From contig JBEKXL010000001.1 in assembly GCA_049512075.1 (NCBI GenBank), positions 192,001-256,000 on the forward strand: a stretch of 64,000 nt of DNA, read 5' to 3'. Source of the DNA: Candidatus Bathyarchaeia archaeon. GTDB taxonomy: Archaea; Thermoproteota; Bathyarchaeia; Bathyarchaeales; Bathycorpusculaceae. The translations under genes were made by a program, and so were the position numbers. The notes below the pieces were generated by a model. That model ran no database searches. It worked only from the letters and a program-made list of their open reading frames with translations, and was not told the origin of the DNA. Each line of letters begins with the position of its first letter. The stretch's first letter is position 1. Positions 18,392 through 29,225 of the stretch are shown here, piece by piece.

Positions 18392-18528
18392 TAAAATGGG
18401 AAAAAATGGTCTCAAGCCCCTTCTTACATGTACAGGTTTGCCATGGATTTGTTTGATGAGCGTGTTGCCCAGGGAATAAAACCATTTTGCACCATTTTCG
18501 GAACACACATGCGCGCCCGAACCAAATG

Positions 18529-19281
18529 TTACATGTTCAGCACTCTGGTCAGTATGAAAGTCAGTATGAATATCAGTATGAATCCAGCGGTACACGTAAT
18601 TATTGTGAGTGTTACAGGATTCTTCTCATGCGCTGTTGGCAGGAGGTCACTCGCTCCTAGATATAGGAAACCGCCTGCAAAGAAAGGCAGAAGGAGCACT
18701 ATGTAATACGGCGGCAACTGAATAAAAAGTGTGACAACTGCCCCCAGAACTGGGGCAACTGCGTCCAAGAGCAGCATCCTCAAAGAATTTCGCAGTGAGT
18801 TGCCAGAATTCAGCATCACAGTGACCGTACTCAGCCCGTCAGTGAAGTCGTGGCATATGACTGCAAATGCAATTATGATGCCAACGTGAATATCAGCTTC
18901 AAGACCGAACCCAATTGCCAAGCCGTCTATGAAACTGTGAACTGAGAGTTCTGATGTTGCAAAGACTCCACCCAAAGGGTGCTTCACTTCAACGTATTCG
19001 CCATCTTGGCTGAAAACATGTTCATTTATCATTCTGGAAACGATGTAGAGGAAAAGGAATCCGACAACCGTAAGAGCCATCACGTCTTCAAGATCTACAC
19101 TGGCAGATTGGGCGAGCTTGAAAGTCTGTGGTAGTACATCAAGCAAGGAAGTTGTAATCAGTACACCAGCTGCAAAGGCTCCCAGAATTCCGATGTTCTT
19201 CCGATGTCGCGCTGCGAAAATCCCGCCGAACATTGTGGAAAAGCAAGTAATGACAGCCAAGAGAATTGCATCAAAGTTCAT
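18529..19281 (-). CDS. ZIP-family metal transporter
   Basis: FAAGVL, HSFIDG, HDFTDG, AGGFLY. Confidence 0.9.
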   Translation of the reverse strand: MNFDAILLAVITCFSTMFGGIFAARHRKNIGILGAFAAGVLITTSLLDVLPQTFKLAQSASVDLEDVMALTVVGFLFLYIVSRMINEHVFSQDGEYVEVKHPLGGVFATSELSVHSFIDGLAIGFGLEADIHVGIIIAFAVICHDFTDGLSTVTVMLNSGNSLRNSLRMLLLDAVAPVLGAVVTLFIQLPPYYIVLLLPFFAGGFLYLGASDLLPTAHEKNPVTLTIITCTAGFILIFILTFILTRVLNM

Positions 19282-19456
19282 ATGAGCATTAGGTTCTGAG
19301 ACTGAGCTACTTAACGGTTTTTGTGACCGAAGTATTTTCCACTCTTTAAGTTCTTGTACTATATGCAGAATAAACTTCCGAAGGCTCTATGTGTAATGTT
19401 TAAGGCTGTTCGCCTAGTGAAAGGAAAGATCAGCGCGCGCTGGATGAGCGGAGCCA

Positions 19457-20536
19457 CTAGCGTTTTCTTTTTCCTTGCATGTACTCTTCCACAGACTGTT
19501 TTGCCATGGAGTCTGGCACCTGGATGGGCGGATGCTTGAACGCATAGGAGGATATGCTGAGCAGCGGCCCGGCTATCTTGCGGTCCAGCGCTATCCTCAC
19601 TGCTCGTATTATGTCAATCACAACGCCTGCACTGTTAGGCGAGTCCTCAACCTCAAGCTTCACCATCACCGTCAACGGCCTGTCCCCGAACTTTCTTCCT
19701 TTCAACCACAGATAGCATACCTTCTTGTTCCCCAAGAAAGGCACGTAGTCCGAAGGCCCAATCCGCGTGGGCAAATCGTACGGCACGAGACTCGTAACCG
19801 CCTCCGTCTTGCTTATACGCTTTGTCTTCAAACGCTCCTCAACCGTCATGTTCAAGAAATCCGTGTCCCCGCCCAGATTCAACTGGTAAGTCTCGTCTAT
19901 AATCACGCCCCTATCGACGCAAAGCTTGGCCAATGCCCGATGCAATATCGTTGCGCCCAACTGACTCTTGATATCGTCGCCCGCAATCGGAAGCCCCTTT
20001 TCCTCAAACTTCTTGCCCCATCCGAAGTCTGAACCGATAAACTCCGGCATACAATTGATAAAAGCACAGCCAGAGTCCAATGCTGCCTGAGCATAGAACC
20101 GCGCTGCATCATGACTTCCAACCGGCAGATAGTTAACGAGAATCTCCGCCCTCGACTTCTTCAACACTTCAACAACATCCACCGGCTTGACTTCACCGTT
20201 CTTGTAAACGCTGAAGACTTCTTTCATGTGGTCAGCCACACCGTCAAGGACGGGGGCAGATGAAACCTTCACTCCCAGTTTCGGCACGTCCGCGAATTTG
20301 GCACAGCAGTTCGGCGCTGTGAATATGGCCTCAGACAAATCTTTTCCAATCTTGTTCTTGTTAACCTCAAAAGCCGCAACAAACTTCACGTCCCTAACGT
20401 GGTATCCGCCAAAATTAACATGCATCAAACCCGGCACCGTCACGTTCTCCCCAGCATCCTTGTAATACTGCACTCCTTGAACCAGCGCTGACGCCGAGTT
20501 TCCCACGCCTACGAGCGCCACTCGAATTTCTGGCAA
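19457..20536 (-). CDS. ino1: myo-inositol-1-phosphate synthase
   Basis: GVGNSASALVQG, NYLPVGS, GDDIKSQ, DSPNSAG. Confidence 0.95.
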   Translation of the reverse strand: MPEIRVALVGVGNSASALVQGVQYYKDAGENVTVPGLMHVNFGGYHVRDVKFVAAFEVNKNKIGKDLSEAIFTAPNCCAKFADVPKLGVKVSSAPVLDGVADHMKEVFSVYKNGEVKPVDVVEVLKKSRAEILVNYLPVGSHDAARFYAQAALDSGCAFINCMPEFIGSDFGWGKKFEEKGLPIAGDDIKSQLGATILHRALAKLCVDRGVIIDETYQLNLGGDTDFLNMTVEERLKTKRISKTEAVTSLVPYDLPTRIGPSDYVPFLGNKKVCYLWLKGRKFGDRPLTVMVKLEVEDSPNSAGVVIDIIRAVRIALDRKIAGPLLSISSYAFKHPPIQVPDSMAKQSVEEYMQGKRKR

Positions 20537-20885
20537 AACAAACTACTCCTTAAGGTATATCAGTCTAAGCGTTTAACAATCGTCTGCTCTATAACTTTTT
20601 CTAAGAAGCGCAAACAGTTTGAAGAAAGTGAATTTGCAGTATTTGAGCCAGACACCACACTTCTAGTCTGACAAAGCGCTTCTTAGAGACTGTACCAAAT
20701 GCTGGAACACCCCGTTCCAATGCTTAGCATAATATCGCTCTGAACGCAATTATTAATGCGATGATGTTATATGCAAGGTTATATCGAGAAGCGCGCACTA
20801 GGCCACAAAAAGCCGACAAAGCACTTGTTCACTCATGGTTCTTCCACAATATTAATCAAAGACTTACTCTACATGTTTAATTGGG

Positions 20886-23192
20886 GTGGAAAGAATGAAG
20901 GTTCATAGAACCAACGTTCTGATCCTACTGACTTTGCTGAGTTTACCTTTGTTCTCATCTGTTTCGAGAATTGTCAGCGGCGCGGGAACTTCTTTCGACC
21001 CGTCCAGCATAAGCTATTACGATGCCGTCAAAAAGGCTCTCAACCTCACACATGATCAAGAGACGATGCTTGCGAATAACGGGTTCGTCGTAGTCGAAGC
21101 CCCAAACACAACAGTGGACTACATGTACACGCCTGGCATGCGGTTTGAAGACTTCTACTATACAGAAGTCTACGGAAACGACTTGCCAGTGTTCGTCACA
21201 ACCGACTCGATTCTTCACCTCTTCCACGTGGTCTTCGACTGTTCCGTCAGGATGCTTGAACAAGATGCCTTCTATCCGATGATCCTTGAAGTCTCACAAT
21301 ACGCCTTCAACGCGTCGTTGAACGATTACAACACGATGGCGCATGACGGCTCCCTGAAGTACTGGGCAGTCAGGAATTCGACCGTATACTTTGCTGTGGG
21401 TCTGTCTCTGATAACTGGTCAGAACGTGACCCTGCCACCCGAGCTTTCTGCTGACGAGTCGTTCTATCTGGGTCAGATTTACAGTAACGAGCTCCAGTTC
21501 GTCAAGGCAGGCACGTGGAATTTCCCAGAAAGCCCTTACGCCGCAGAGGTTCAGTACGATTTCACTCAGTTCAAGGTGCGAGGGCATTACTTGGGTGTGC
21601 CCGAGCTTGAGAGGTATTTCCGCACCTTCATGTGGTACGGCAATTATCCAATTTTCGTTCCGCGCAACGACGAAAGTTACGATTGGGCAGTCAGCCACAT
21701 AGATGATGCGGCCATCGTCTACATGAGAGACCTGCTCAAATCGAGCCAGCAATATTATGACGAGTGGGTTCTAATGTACAACGTAACCAGCGCCTTGATA
21801 GGTGAGAGCGACTCCATAAACCTGCTAAGCCTAGAGACAGCTCTTCACAACGTCTTCGGAGACGCGGGACAATACTTGGACCTTGTCGCCGCACAAGGCG
21901 GCCTGGCAAAACTGAGGCAGGAACTGGGCAAACCCGAGTATCACCAACAGATACTGTCACAGGCTCTGTTGTCAAACTTTCCCGTACCGCTTCCGCGTTA
22001 CCCGACCGTTTTCCAGTTCATGGGCCAACGCTACATACCAGACTCATACATTTTCCAGATGCTCACCTGGGACAAGGTAGACACCAACTCTACAGGAAAA
22101 AGACGAATCATGCCCGAAGGAGCAGACGTCTTCGCTGTTCTAGGCTCCCAACGCGCATACCAACTGGTAACACCAGATTTCAACTACACCGGCTACGCAC
22201 AGAACCTACAAACGCTAAAGCAGACTTTCGATAACCTCACAGAACAAGACTGGACGGCCTCATCTTACATGGCATGGATGCACGCCCTTCAGAGCCTAGT
22301 TAACGTCGATTATAATGACACCCACCCGCAGTTCATGAGAACCCTTGCATGGCAAGATGAAAAACTAAACACCGCACTGGGAAGCTGGGCTCAACTCAGA
22401 CACGACACACTACTCTACGCCAAACAAACGTACATTCCAGGCACCCTCTGCAGCTACCCAGAAGCTTTCGTTGAACCTAACCCCACATTCTACGCAAGAA
22501 TGCAGCAACTGACCGAGAGAACATCAGAAGCAGTTAGCATCCTTCCTCCGAACGCTGCTACGCCTACTATCATGAATTCGCTAGAAACCCTGAACAACGC
22601 CACCCAAACACTTGAGACAGTTTCCACGAAAGAACTGGCAGGGCAACCACTTGTAGAAGACGAAATAAACTTCATAAAGCAGCTCGTGTACGGCTGCGGA
22701 TCTGGCTCCCCCGTAGGATGGTACGTCAACACGATGCACATCATTGCCATGGCTGCAAACTACACTTCAATCCTAGATGTTCCGGTCATTGCCGATGTCG
22801 CCACGTTTCCTCCCGGCGACATTCTTGATCCCCCTCAAATACTGCACGTCGCCGACGGCTACGTGGAGGCAGTGGTAGTCTTCTATCCCAGATCCGATGG
22901 AACACTTGCGGCGGCAGTGGGACCCGTGTTCTCCTACTACGAGTTCAGACTCATCGGAACCACGAGGCTGAACGATGACGAATGGAAAACCATGCTGGCG
23001 TGGGACAACAGAACCCAGTATCTTCCCGAATGGCTCAGAGACGTCTACGGAACCAGCCTACCATGGCCCGCCCCAGAATACAACGCAATCATACTGGTCG
23101 TAATGATAATGACCACGACGATAGCCATAGCAGTGACGAAAGGAACCACAAAGGCCAAGAAGTATAGAGAGTTGTCAACCAAGACACGATAG
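20886..23192 (+). CDS. DUF3160-family surface protein with signal peptide and C-terminal anchor
   Basis: FVTTDSILHLFH, DFTQFKVRGHY, SWAQLRHDTLLYAKQ, GPVFSYYEF; C-terminal PEY-TM-basic tail. Confidence 0.85.
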   Translation: MERMKVHRTNVLILLTLLSLPLFSSVSRIVSGAGTSFDPSSISYYDAVKKALNLTHDQETMLANNGFVVVEAPNTTVDYMYTPGMRFEDFYYTEVYGNDLPVFVTTDSILHLFHVVFDCSVRMLEQDAFYPMILEVSQYAFNASLNDYNTMAHDGSLKYWAVRNSTVYFAVGLSLITGQNVTLPPELSADESFYLGQIYSNELQFVKAGTWNFPESPYAAEVQYDFTQFKVRGHYLGVPELERYFRTFMWYGNYPIFVPRNDESYDWAVSHIDDAAIVYMRDLLKSSQQYYDEWVLMYNVTSALIGESDSINLLSLETALHNVFGDAGQYLDLVAAQGGLAKLRQELGKPEYHQQILSQALLSNFPVPLPRYPTVFQFMGQRYIPDSYIFQMLTWDKVDTNSTGKRRIMPEGADVFAVLGSQRAYQLVTPDFNYTGYAQNLQTLKQTFDNLTEQDWTASSYMAWMHALQSLVNVDYNDTHPQFMRTLAWQDEKLNTALGSWAQLRHDTLLYAKQTYIPGTLCSYPEAFVEPNPTFYARMQQLTERTSEAVSILPPNAATPTIMNSLETLNNATQTLETVSTKELAGQPLVEDEINFIKQLVYGCGSGSPVGWYVNTMHIIAMAANYTSILDVPVIADVATFPPGDILDPPQILHVADGYVEAVVVFYPRSDGTLAAAVGPVFSYYEFRLIGTTRLNDDEWKTMLAWDNRTQYLPEWLRDVYGTSLPWPAPEYNAIILVVMIMTTTIAIAVTKGTTKAKKYRELSTKTR

Positions 23193-23401
23193 CACGCCAA
23201 AACATTCGAAGAATAACAACCTTCCAATGTGAACAGTAGCTGCGCTTCTTTTTCCCACGCGTCCACCGCGCCCACGCGAAAGCCCCGAAAATCCGTCAAC
23301 CCAATCTGCCAACATTCACCAAAGCATTGCCAGTTTTTTCCTTTCCGGAAACATGACAAGATTAAAAGGGAACTTAAACCAGATAGACAGCGAATAGAAA
23401 G

Positions 23402-23779
23402 GTGAGCTTTATGGAAGAAGGAGAAGCAGTCGTCAAGTATGAACCTTTCAAAGAAGTCGTAGTGATGGAAAAGGATGTCTTCCCAACCCCTGATGACATA
23501 GCAAGGTTTGCCTCCATCATCGCAGGCGGCAAAGCCGCAGGCCTGTACTGGGCTGAAGGCGTCATTTTCCTGTATTTTCCCCTTCCAGCGTCAACAGAAA
23601 CCACGGCGAAAATGCTCGTTGAACACGGGCGAGTCTACTGGACTTTTCTCGGGTACTCTCTCATGCCCAAGTACCAGCCGATAATTGAAACTCGAGAAAA
23701 AATGATTGTGCCAGTAGTCGATATGTCCACCAACAAGCTCATGAAGACAGTTGCAACTTGGCTGAAAGAACAAAAATAG
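23402..23779 (+). CDS. Conserved archaeal hypothetical protein
   Basis: LYWAEGVIF motif; TATA/RBS-like signals upstream. Confidence 0.65.
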   Translation: MSFMEEGEAVVKYEPFKEVVVMEKDVFPTPDDIARFASIIAGGKAAGLYWAEGVIFLYFPLPASTETTAKMLVEHGRVYWTFLGYSLMPKYQPIIETREKMIVPVVDMSTNKLMKTVATWLKEQK

Positions 23780-23824
23780 GCCCATCATCCACAATTTTCA
23801 GCCCGTCATTTCGGCGGTTCCATC

Positions 23825-24229
23825 ATGCGGTGGGAAGCATTCTTGAAGACTCTGTGTTTGAGGGGCAAGGTTTTCTCGGGGAAGGGTGAAGGAGCCAAAT
23901 TCATGAAGCTTTCGTGGGTGAAGAAACAGATTGAAGAAAAACTGGGTTTTGTCCCCTATCCTGGAACGTTAGACGTGAGAATTACCAGGGAAAGCGTCGA
24001 ACTCAAAAGGGCGCTGGCAGAAGGCGGCGTGGATATCTTGCCCGCCGCAGGTTTCCACAGGGGAAAGTGTTACAGGGCTTCTTTCAAGACAGAGCTGTTG
24101 TGCGCTCTTGTCGTTCCAGAAGTTGCGGGCTACCCGGATAACGTGATAGAGGTTATTGGGCTGGAGAATCTGAGGGAAAAGTTTCATCTCTCAGACGGTG
24201 ATCCCGTCGAAGTTAAGGTGATGTTTTGA
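23825..24229 (+). CDS. ribK: CTP-dependent riboflavin kinase
   Basis: GKVFSGKGEG..F..KLGFVPYPGTL; LREKFHLSDGD. Confidence 0.9.
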   Translation: MRWEAFLKTLCLRGKVFSGKGEGAKFMKLSWVKKQIEEKLGFVPYPGTLDVRITRESVELKRALAEGGVDILPAAGFHRGKCYRASFKTELLCALVVPEVAGYPDNVIEVIGLENLREKFHLSDGDPVEVKVMF

Positions 24230-25730
24230 CGCTGATCCTTTTCCGTTTGCTTTGCAGAAAGTTTTGGGTATATTCTTCGAAGCACCCTTTTTTCTGCAGG
24301 TAACGCCCATATCTAACAAGACCGCTCATTGCTCTTGCAGCGTCCTCTGGTGACGAATAAGCTGGGATACCCTGCTTGTCAAACCTGGTGCGCGTGTGCA
24401 TAGCCATTTCTGTTTCTCCGATGTCGCAGGCAACGATAGGCTTGTCGAACGAAGCCGTCATCTTCGCCACCTCGTCAATGTAGTCTTCCTGCACGGCTGG
24501 CGTCTGATGGAGGCCTAGCAGTATTATGCCGCAGATGTCTGGGTCTTGGAAAAGAACCTTAGTGGCCAATTCAAACATCTCATCGGTTCCTGAACCGGTT
24601 ATATCCACGGGGTTAAGGTTTGACGCAAACTTGGGCAGTTTTCCCTCTACCTTCAGCTTCTCAAACTTCGCCACTGTTTTCTCAGAGAGACGTATCACGT
24701 TCAACCCTTTCAGCTCACTTTCGTCAACGGCCATTATGCCCGGACCGCCGGCGTCCGTGACTATTCCCACGTTTTTTCCGGCTGCAGGCGGCTGCATGGC
24801 CAAGGCTTTCCCCATGTGGAAAAACTCGTCCATGTCCTCCGCCCTCAAGATTCCTGTTTGTTCGAAAACAGCGCTGTAGATCCTGTCTGAACCGGCAAGA
24901 GCTCCAGTGTGTGAAGACGCAGCTCTTGCTCCCGCATCTGTCCTTCCGGCCTTGATAGCCACAATGGGCTTTTTTAACGTGACCTTCTCGGCTATCTTGA
25001 TGAATTCGCGCCCAGCCTTGATGTCTTCAACATACAACAGTATTACCTTCGTTTGGTCATCTTGCAACAGGAAATGAAGCATTTCACCCTCATTCACGTC
25101 AGCCTTGTTTCCGAAACTCACAAACTTGCTAACCCCGACCTCTCGTCCAGCCAGGTAGTCCAGAGCCGCAACGCCGAAAGCCCCACTCTGAGTGACTATA
25201 GCGATGTTTCCAGGAATCGGCCGCGGCGTAGCAATAACCTCGTCTCCATTCGCCAAGACCTTTGTCTCAGGCAGAAAAAGCATGTCCACACCAGTTCTCG
25301 AATCGTAAACTCCGAGACAGTTTGGTCCCAAAACACGTATTCCCGCCTTTTTCGCTATGTCAATTATCTGCTGCTCAAGCTCATGATTTCCAACTTCCCC
25401 GAAGCCAGAAGTGATTATGACAGCATCTTCAACTTTCTTGGCTGCCGCATCCTTCATTATGGTTGACACAACAGCAGCTGGAACAACAACAACGATTAGC
25501 TCAACCTCACCGGGGATTTTGGTCACCGAAGGGTAGCATTTATAACCCATTATAGAGTCTTCAGTCGGGTTAACCGCGTAGAGTTCGCCTTTGAAGATGC
25601 CCCTCATCTTGTTTTCAACGAAATTCTTGAAAATCACGTGGCCCGCCTTGTTTATCTTCTTCGTCGCCCCAACAATCGCGACCGAGCGAGGCCTGAAAAA
25701 GGCGCTCAGCTTCTTCGTTTTCTCTTCCAT
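24213..25730 (-). CDS. acdA: ADP-forming acyl-CoA synthetase alpha subunit
   Basis: PRSVAIVGA, GPNCLG, QSG, SHTG phospho-His, NPVD. Confidence 0.9.
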   Translation of the reverse strand: MEEKTKKLSAFFRPRSVAIVGATKKINKAGHVIFKNFVENKMRGIFKGELYAVNPTEDSIMGYKCYPSVTKIPGEVELIVVVVPAAVVSTIMKDAAAKKVEDAVIITSGFGEVGNHELEQQIIDIAKKAGIRVLGPNCLGVYDSRTGVDMLFLPETKVLANGDEVIATPRPIPGNIAIVTQSGAFGVAALDYLAGREVGVSKFVSFGNKADVNEGEMLHFLLQDDQTKVILLYVEDIKAGREFIKIAEKVTLKKPIVAIKAGRTDAGARAASSHTGALAGSDRIYSAVFEQTGILRAEDMDEFFHMGKALAMQPPAAGKNVGIVTDAGGPGIMAVDESELKGLNVIRLSEKTVAKFEKLKVEGKLPKFASNLNPVDITGSGTDEMFELATKVLFQDPDICGIILLGLHQTPAVQEDYIDEVAKMTASFDKPIVACDIGETEMAMHTRTRFDKQGIPAYSSPEDAARAMSGLVRYGRYLQKKGCFEEYTQNFLQSKRKRISVKTSP

Positions 25731-25739
25731 CCGACCATC

Positions 25740-26657
25740 TCACCGCCTTTTCCTAACAATGACTATAGGTTTATGTCTTACTGTCTCAAGCATCTCCCAA
25801 CTCACATCGGATAACGACACCTTGAACATTTCAGCCATATCCCAAACGGTTCTGCCCGCCCCAAAACCTCTCGCACGATTCGCAACCTCAGCCACCCTCA
25901 AAGCCACCTCCGCCGACATGAAACATCCAGCAACAGCCAAAGGCGTAGCCCTCCGCTCAAGCTTAAACATCCGCCCGACAACATAGGCGGCAAACCCCCC
26001 GAAAGAATGAATGCCACTAACCGGATTTGGCCGCGGCGTAAAATGAAAGTTCCTAAACGAATACGTCTTGTCAGTATCCACGACCATTACCAAGACTCTC
26101 TTCCTTGAAGCCGCCCATATCAGCAGACGTATCCTCTCAGCTACTGCACCAGCCTCGTTCAGCGGGAGGCTCACGTAAGAGTACGGCAAGTTGCTTCCGT
26201 CAATGCCTCCCTCGGAACCGAACATTAGAGCCTGCAACAAACCTGCACCGTGCAAGGCAACCTGCTTGTGGCGGCTTCCCACTTTCACAGGGTAATCGCG
26301 AAGCTGCAACAACAACTTCTGTCGAAGATGGCACAACGGCCCGAGAAAATAGCCCCAACCTGTTCTCATCCAAAAACTCGCAATCCACCTCGCGCCCAAG
26401 CCAGGCTTAACCTCACACTCATCCACGATGTTACTCAACGCGATTGAAATTGCCTTCTCAGACACCACAACAAAATCATCATCAACAATTTTTCCCTTGA
26501 CCGCCTTCACTATTTCATTCAGGTAGTCTTCTCCAGGTCTCCAATATTTCGTCGTTACAGCAAGAACCTTTAACCCTGTCATTCGCATCGCGCTGATTCT
26601 GAACACAACGGTTTCTATAGGCTTCGAAACTTTGCCTTTATCTCTAAAACGCTGCAT
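25740..26657 (-). CDS. CofE-like (F420:glutamate ligase family) protein; true start probably about 26587
   Basis: VVSEKA, GGIDGSN, VDTD motifs. Confidence 0.75.
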   Translation of the reverse strand: MQRFRDKGKVSKPIETVVFRISAMRMTGLKVLAVTTKYWRPGEDYLNEIVKAVKGKIVDDDFVVVSEKAISIALSNIVDECEVKPGLGARWIASFWMRTGWGYFLGPLCHLRQKLLLQLRDYPVKVGSRHKQVALHGAGLLQALMFGSEGGIDGSNLPYSYVSLPLNEAGAVAERIRLLIWAASRKRVLVMVVDTDKTYSFRNFHFTPRPNPVSGIHSFGGFAAYVVGRMFKLERRATPLAVAGCFMSAEVALRVAEVANRARGFGAGRTVWDMAEMFKVSLSDVSWEMLETVRHKPIVIVRKRR

Positions 26658-27313
26658 TCTGGCGGCTTCATTTTCCCTTCAGGACAGTATCCAAGCTCGA
26701 CGCATGAAGGCCCGCTGTTCTCAAACAGGGCGGGCGCAGCTTTCTTCGCATGCTTCAGCATTTCCGTTGCGACTTCTCTTATCTCCCACTGCGCGCGAGC
26801 ACAACATCGTAAGTTGAAGAAGTGTCGCAGTTCCCGCGCGTTCATCGTTACCATGATGTTTGTTTTTGCAGCGTTCGGCAAGATAAACCTCGCATCCTCT
26901 TTCGGAATCGTCATCTTCAGAAGCTTCTGATAGGCCTCAGAGATTTTCTCCAGTGCCTCGTCGAAAACCTTCTTGGCTTCCGCATTTCGCGCTATGCTCG
27001 GCGGCGTCGCATACTTTTCTAGGGTATCATATGTCACATAGCGTTGGCTCTGCTGCGTGTACGAGGCGATGCGGTGCCTGACGAGCTGATGAGTCATGGC
27101 TCTGGACACGTCCTCGACGCTGAACGTGAAGGACGCGTGCTCAATGACTGACGCGTGTCCGTAGCCCGTCACCTGCCTGATTTTCCGCTTGGCAGTTTCT
27201 GCGTCCATTTTCTCGAAGATTTCCGAGGGCCTTCCACTCTTTATGGTAGTGGATGCCGCAGCTCCGCACAGAAGCTCCGAATCTGCCGTGTGACGAAGAA
27301 GCTTAACCTTCAA
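26615..27313 (-). CDS. thyX: FAD-dependent thymidylate synthase
   Basis: GHASVIEH, RHRIASYTQQSQRY, AQWEIR. Confidence 0.95.
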   Translation of the reverse strand: MKVKLLRHTADSELLCGAAASTTIKSGRPSEIFEKMDAETAKRKIRQVTGYGHASVIEHASFTFSVEDVSRAMTHQLVRHRIASYTQQSQRYVTYDTLEKYATPPSIARNAEAKKVFDEALEKISEAYQKLLKMTIPKEDARFILPNAAKTNIMVTMNARELRHFFNLRCCARAQWEIREVATEMLKHAKKAAPALFENSGPSCVELGYCPEGKMKPPECSVLEIKAKFRSL

Positions 27314-27455
27314 CCTTCAACCCCACCCTAGACACGAGATCATTTGGACTGATTGGAACGATCGTAAATTGTCCGCTGGAGCATATAAAATAATATTCAC
27401 CGAACTTTGCTGGTGGAAGACAAGGAAAAGGCCGGCCATCTGCTGGCGTGCGCTG

Positions 27456-28520
27456 TCACACGTGTGCGTAGACGCGGTCGTTGGTGTACTTTCCAGTCTT
27501 CATTTCCTGTTCTATTTCGCGCAGCAGCATTATGCGTTTGAAGGTGGGCGGGTGGGTTGAGAACCACGTGTTGACCGTTTTCCACGTAGACTTGGCTTCT
27601 TTCTCCATGGCCAACTCCAACTCTTTTTCGTTCAGTACGCCGTCGTGGTCCAAGTCGTACTCATCCTTCTTGTCAATGATATCATGGATTTCCTGTTTGG
27701 CCTGCACTGGGTCACTTATGTAGAAAGCTCTGACGCCCTCGGGAGGTTTCGGCGAGAGCGACAGGCCATACGTGATTTTTGTGAGGGCGCTCTCCAAGCT
27801 TCTAGGCGAGCCCGTCACGTAGGCTGAATACGCATCTGAGTAGTGTTCCCGTAGTCTGCTGAGACGCATCACGCTCAACTGTGAGATAAAGTAGACTACG
27901 AAGGAGAGCACAGCGATGATGATGAGGGCTGCTCCGATACTGCCCTGGTTTTTTTTGTTCGAAGAACCGCCTCCCAACCACGCCGCCGACATTGTTCCCC
28001 GCGCGACAAGATAGGCCAACAACGGCAACGCAGAAAGTAGCGTCATAATGGCATAATCCTTGTGTCTTATGTGTCCCAGCTCGTGGCCGATTACGCCTCT
28101 CACTTCGTCCTCGTTCAAGTTTTGCAGCAGTCCCTGGTGGACTGCCAGCGTGGCTGAGTGTGCGGTTCGGCCAAAAACGAAGGCGTTAGGCGTGTTGTTC
28201 GGGACGATGGCCAGCCGCGGCATGGGCACCTTGCTCTTGTCCGCGAGTTCCTTCACAGTGGATTCGAGCCACGGGTTTTCACCCGGCTTGAGGTATTGCA
28301 AGTGCGTCGAAAATTTAACGATTGAGGGCCCGATGGCATACTGAAACAGCACGAAGAGGAGTGGAAGGGCCACAATGAGAACTAAGTCAAGACTCAGCGT
28401 CAACGGAGCAACGAACACTTGAATGATAAACAGCACCAAAGCTAGGAAAGCTGCGAATATGAAGAGCGTGATGAATATGCCTGCTCCCATAGCAAACTTC
28501 AAACCGGCCAGACCAGGCAA
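27456..28520 (-). CDS. htpX: M48 zinc metalloprotease HtpX
   Basis: PNAF, HELGH, SRLRE, STHPP. Confidence 0.92.
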   Translation of the reverse strand: MPGLAGLKFAMGAGIFITLFIFAAFLALVLFIIQVFVAPLTLSLDLVLIVALPLLFVLFQYAIGPSIVKFSTHLQYLKPGENPWLESTVKELADKSKVPMPRLAIVPNNTPNAFVFGRTAHSATLAVHQGLLQNLNEDEVRGVIGHELGHIRHKDYAIMTLLSALPLLAYLVARGTMSAAWLGGGSSNKKNQGSIGAALIIIAVLSFVVYFISQLSVMRLSRLREHYSDAYSAYVTGSPRSLESALTKITYGLSLSPKPPEGVRAFYISDPVQAKQEIHDIIDKKDEYDLDHDGVLNEKELELAMEKEAKSTWKTVNTWFSTHPPTFKRIMLLREIEQEMKTGKYTNDRVYAHV

Positions 28521-28629
28521 CGAATTTCACCCTTTTGTTCTTTACCACAGAAAATCCTGAGAGAATTAAAGCTTTCTAAGAGCCAGCGCTATTAAGTAAT
28601 CTGGCACAGTAGGGCCGCAAAACCCCTGG

Positions 28630-29033
28630 CTACTTGCCAAACTGTTTAGCCGGATGCTTCTCCACTTCCTGTACAACGACGAGTATAGGGATTGCCAAGG
28701 GAACGGGCAGTAGCGCCTGCTGGACACCGCACCTTCGCAGGTAAAGATTTGCGTGCGCCAACTCTTCCGCAACCTCCTCCCGTGCGCTCTTCCTACGGCT
28801 GACAGCAATCGCATAGGCGAAAAGTGGCACATAGTTCAACCCCAGAAATACTAGGTAACCGCCAAAAAAGACCCGAAAAGAGAGTGTCCGTAACCAACGA
28901 TCATAAAGAACAAGCCGAAAAACACCAGTAGGAATGCGCTAAATCCAAACTCGATTAGAATAAGACGCGGACCATGTAAGGCAATGTCTAAGGCTGCGAG
29001 CTTCCTCACTTCAATGAATCTACCCTGTTTCAT
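28630..29033 (-). pseudogene. Membrane protein split by a frameshift in a homopolymer
   Basis: 28851-29033 and 28630-28839 join (..GYLVFLGLNYVPL..) if one base is changed in the A6 run near 28864-28869. Confidence 0.6.
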
Positions 29034-29225
29034 AGTTTCACATTGAGGACCGTGCGCTATTAAGGTTCAGAGAGCATCTAGGGAACAACACTTGCAGGCC
29101 GGAGTCCAGCAAGAAAACCATGATCCTCACAAGACCTCATGATAAAAAGTTCACAGTGCCCTAAGAAGCTTCAGGGGAAAATTAAGATAGTAGATGATTC
29201 GTACATTACCTAAAATAACCGCCGG

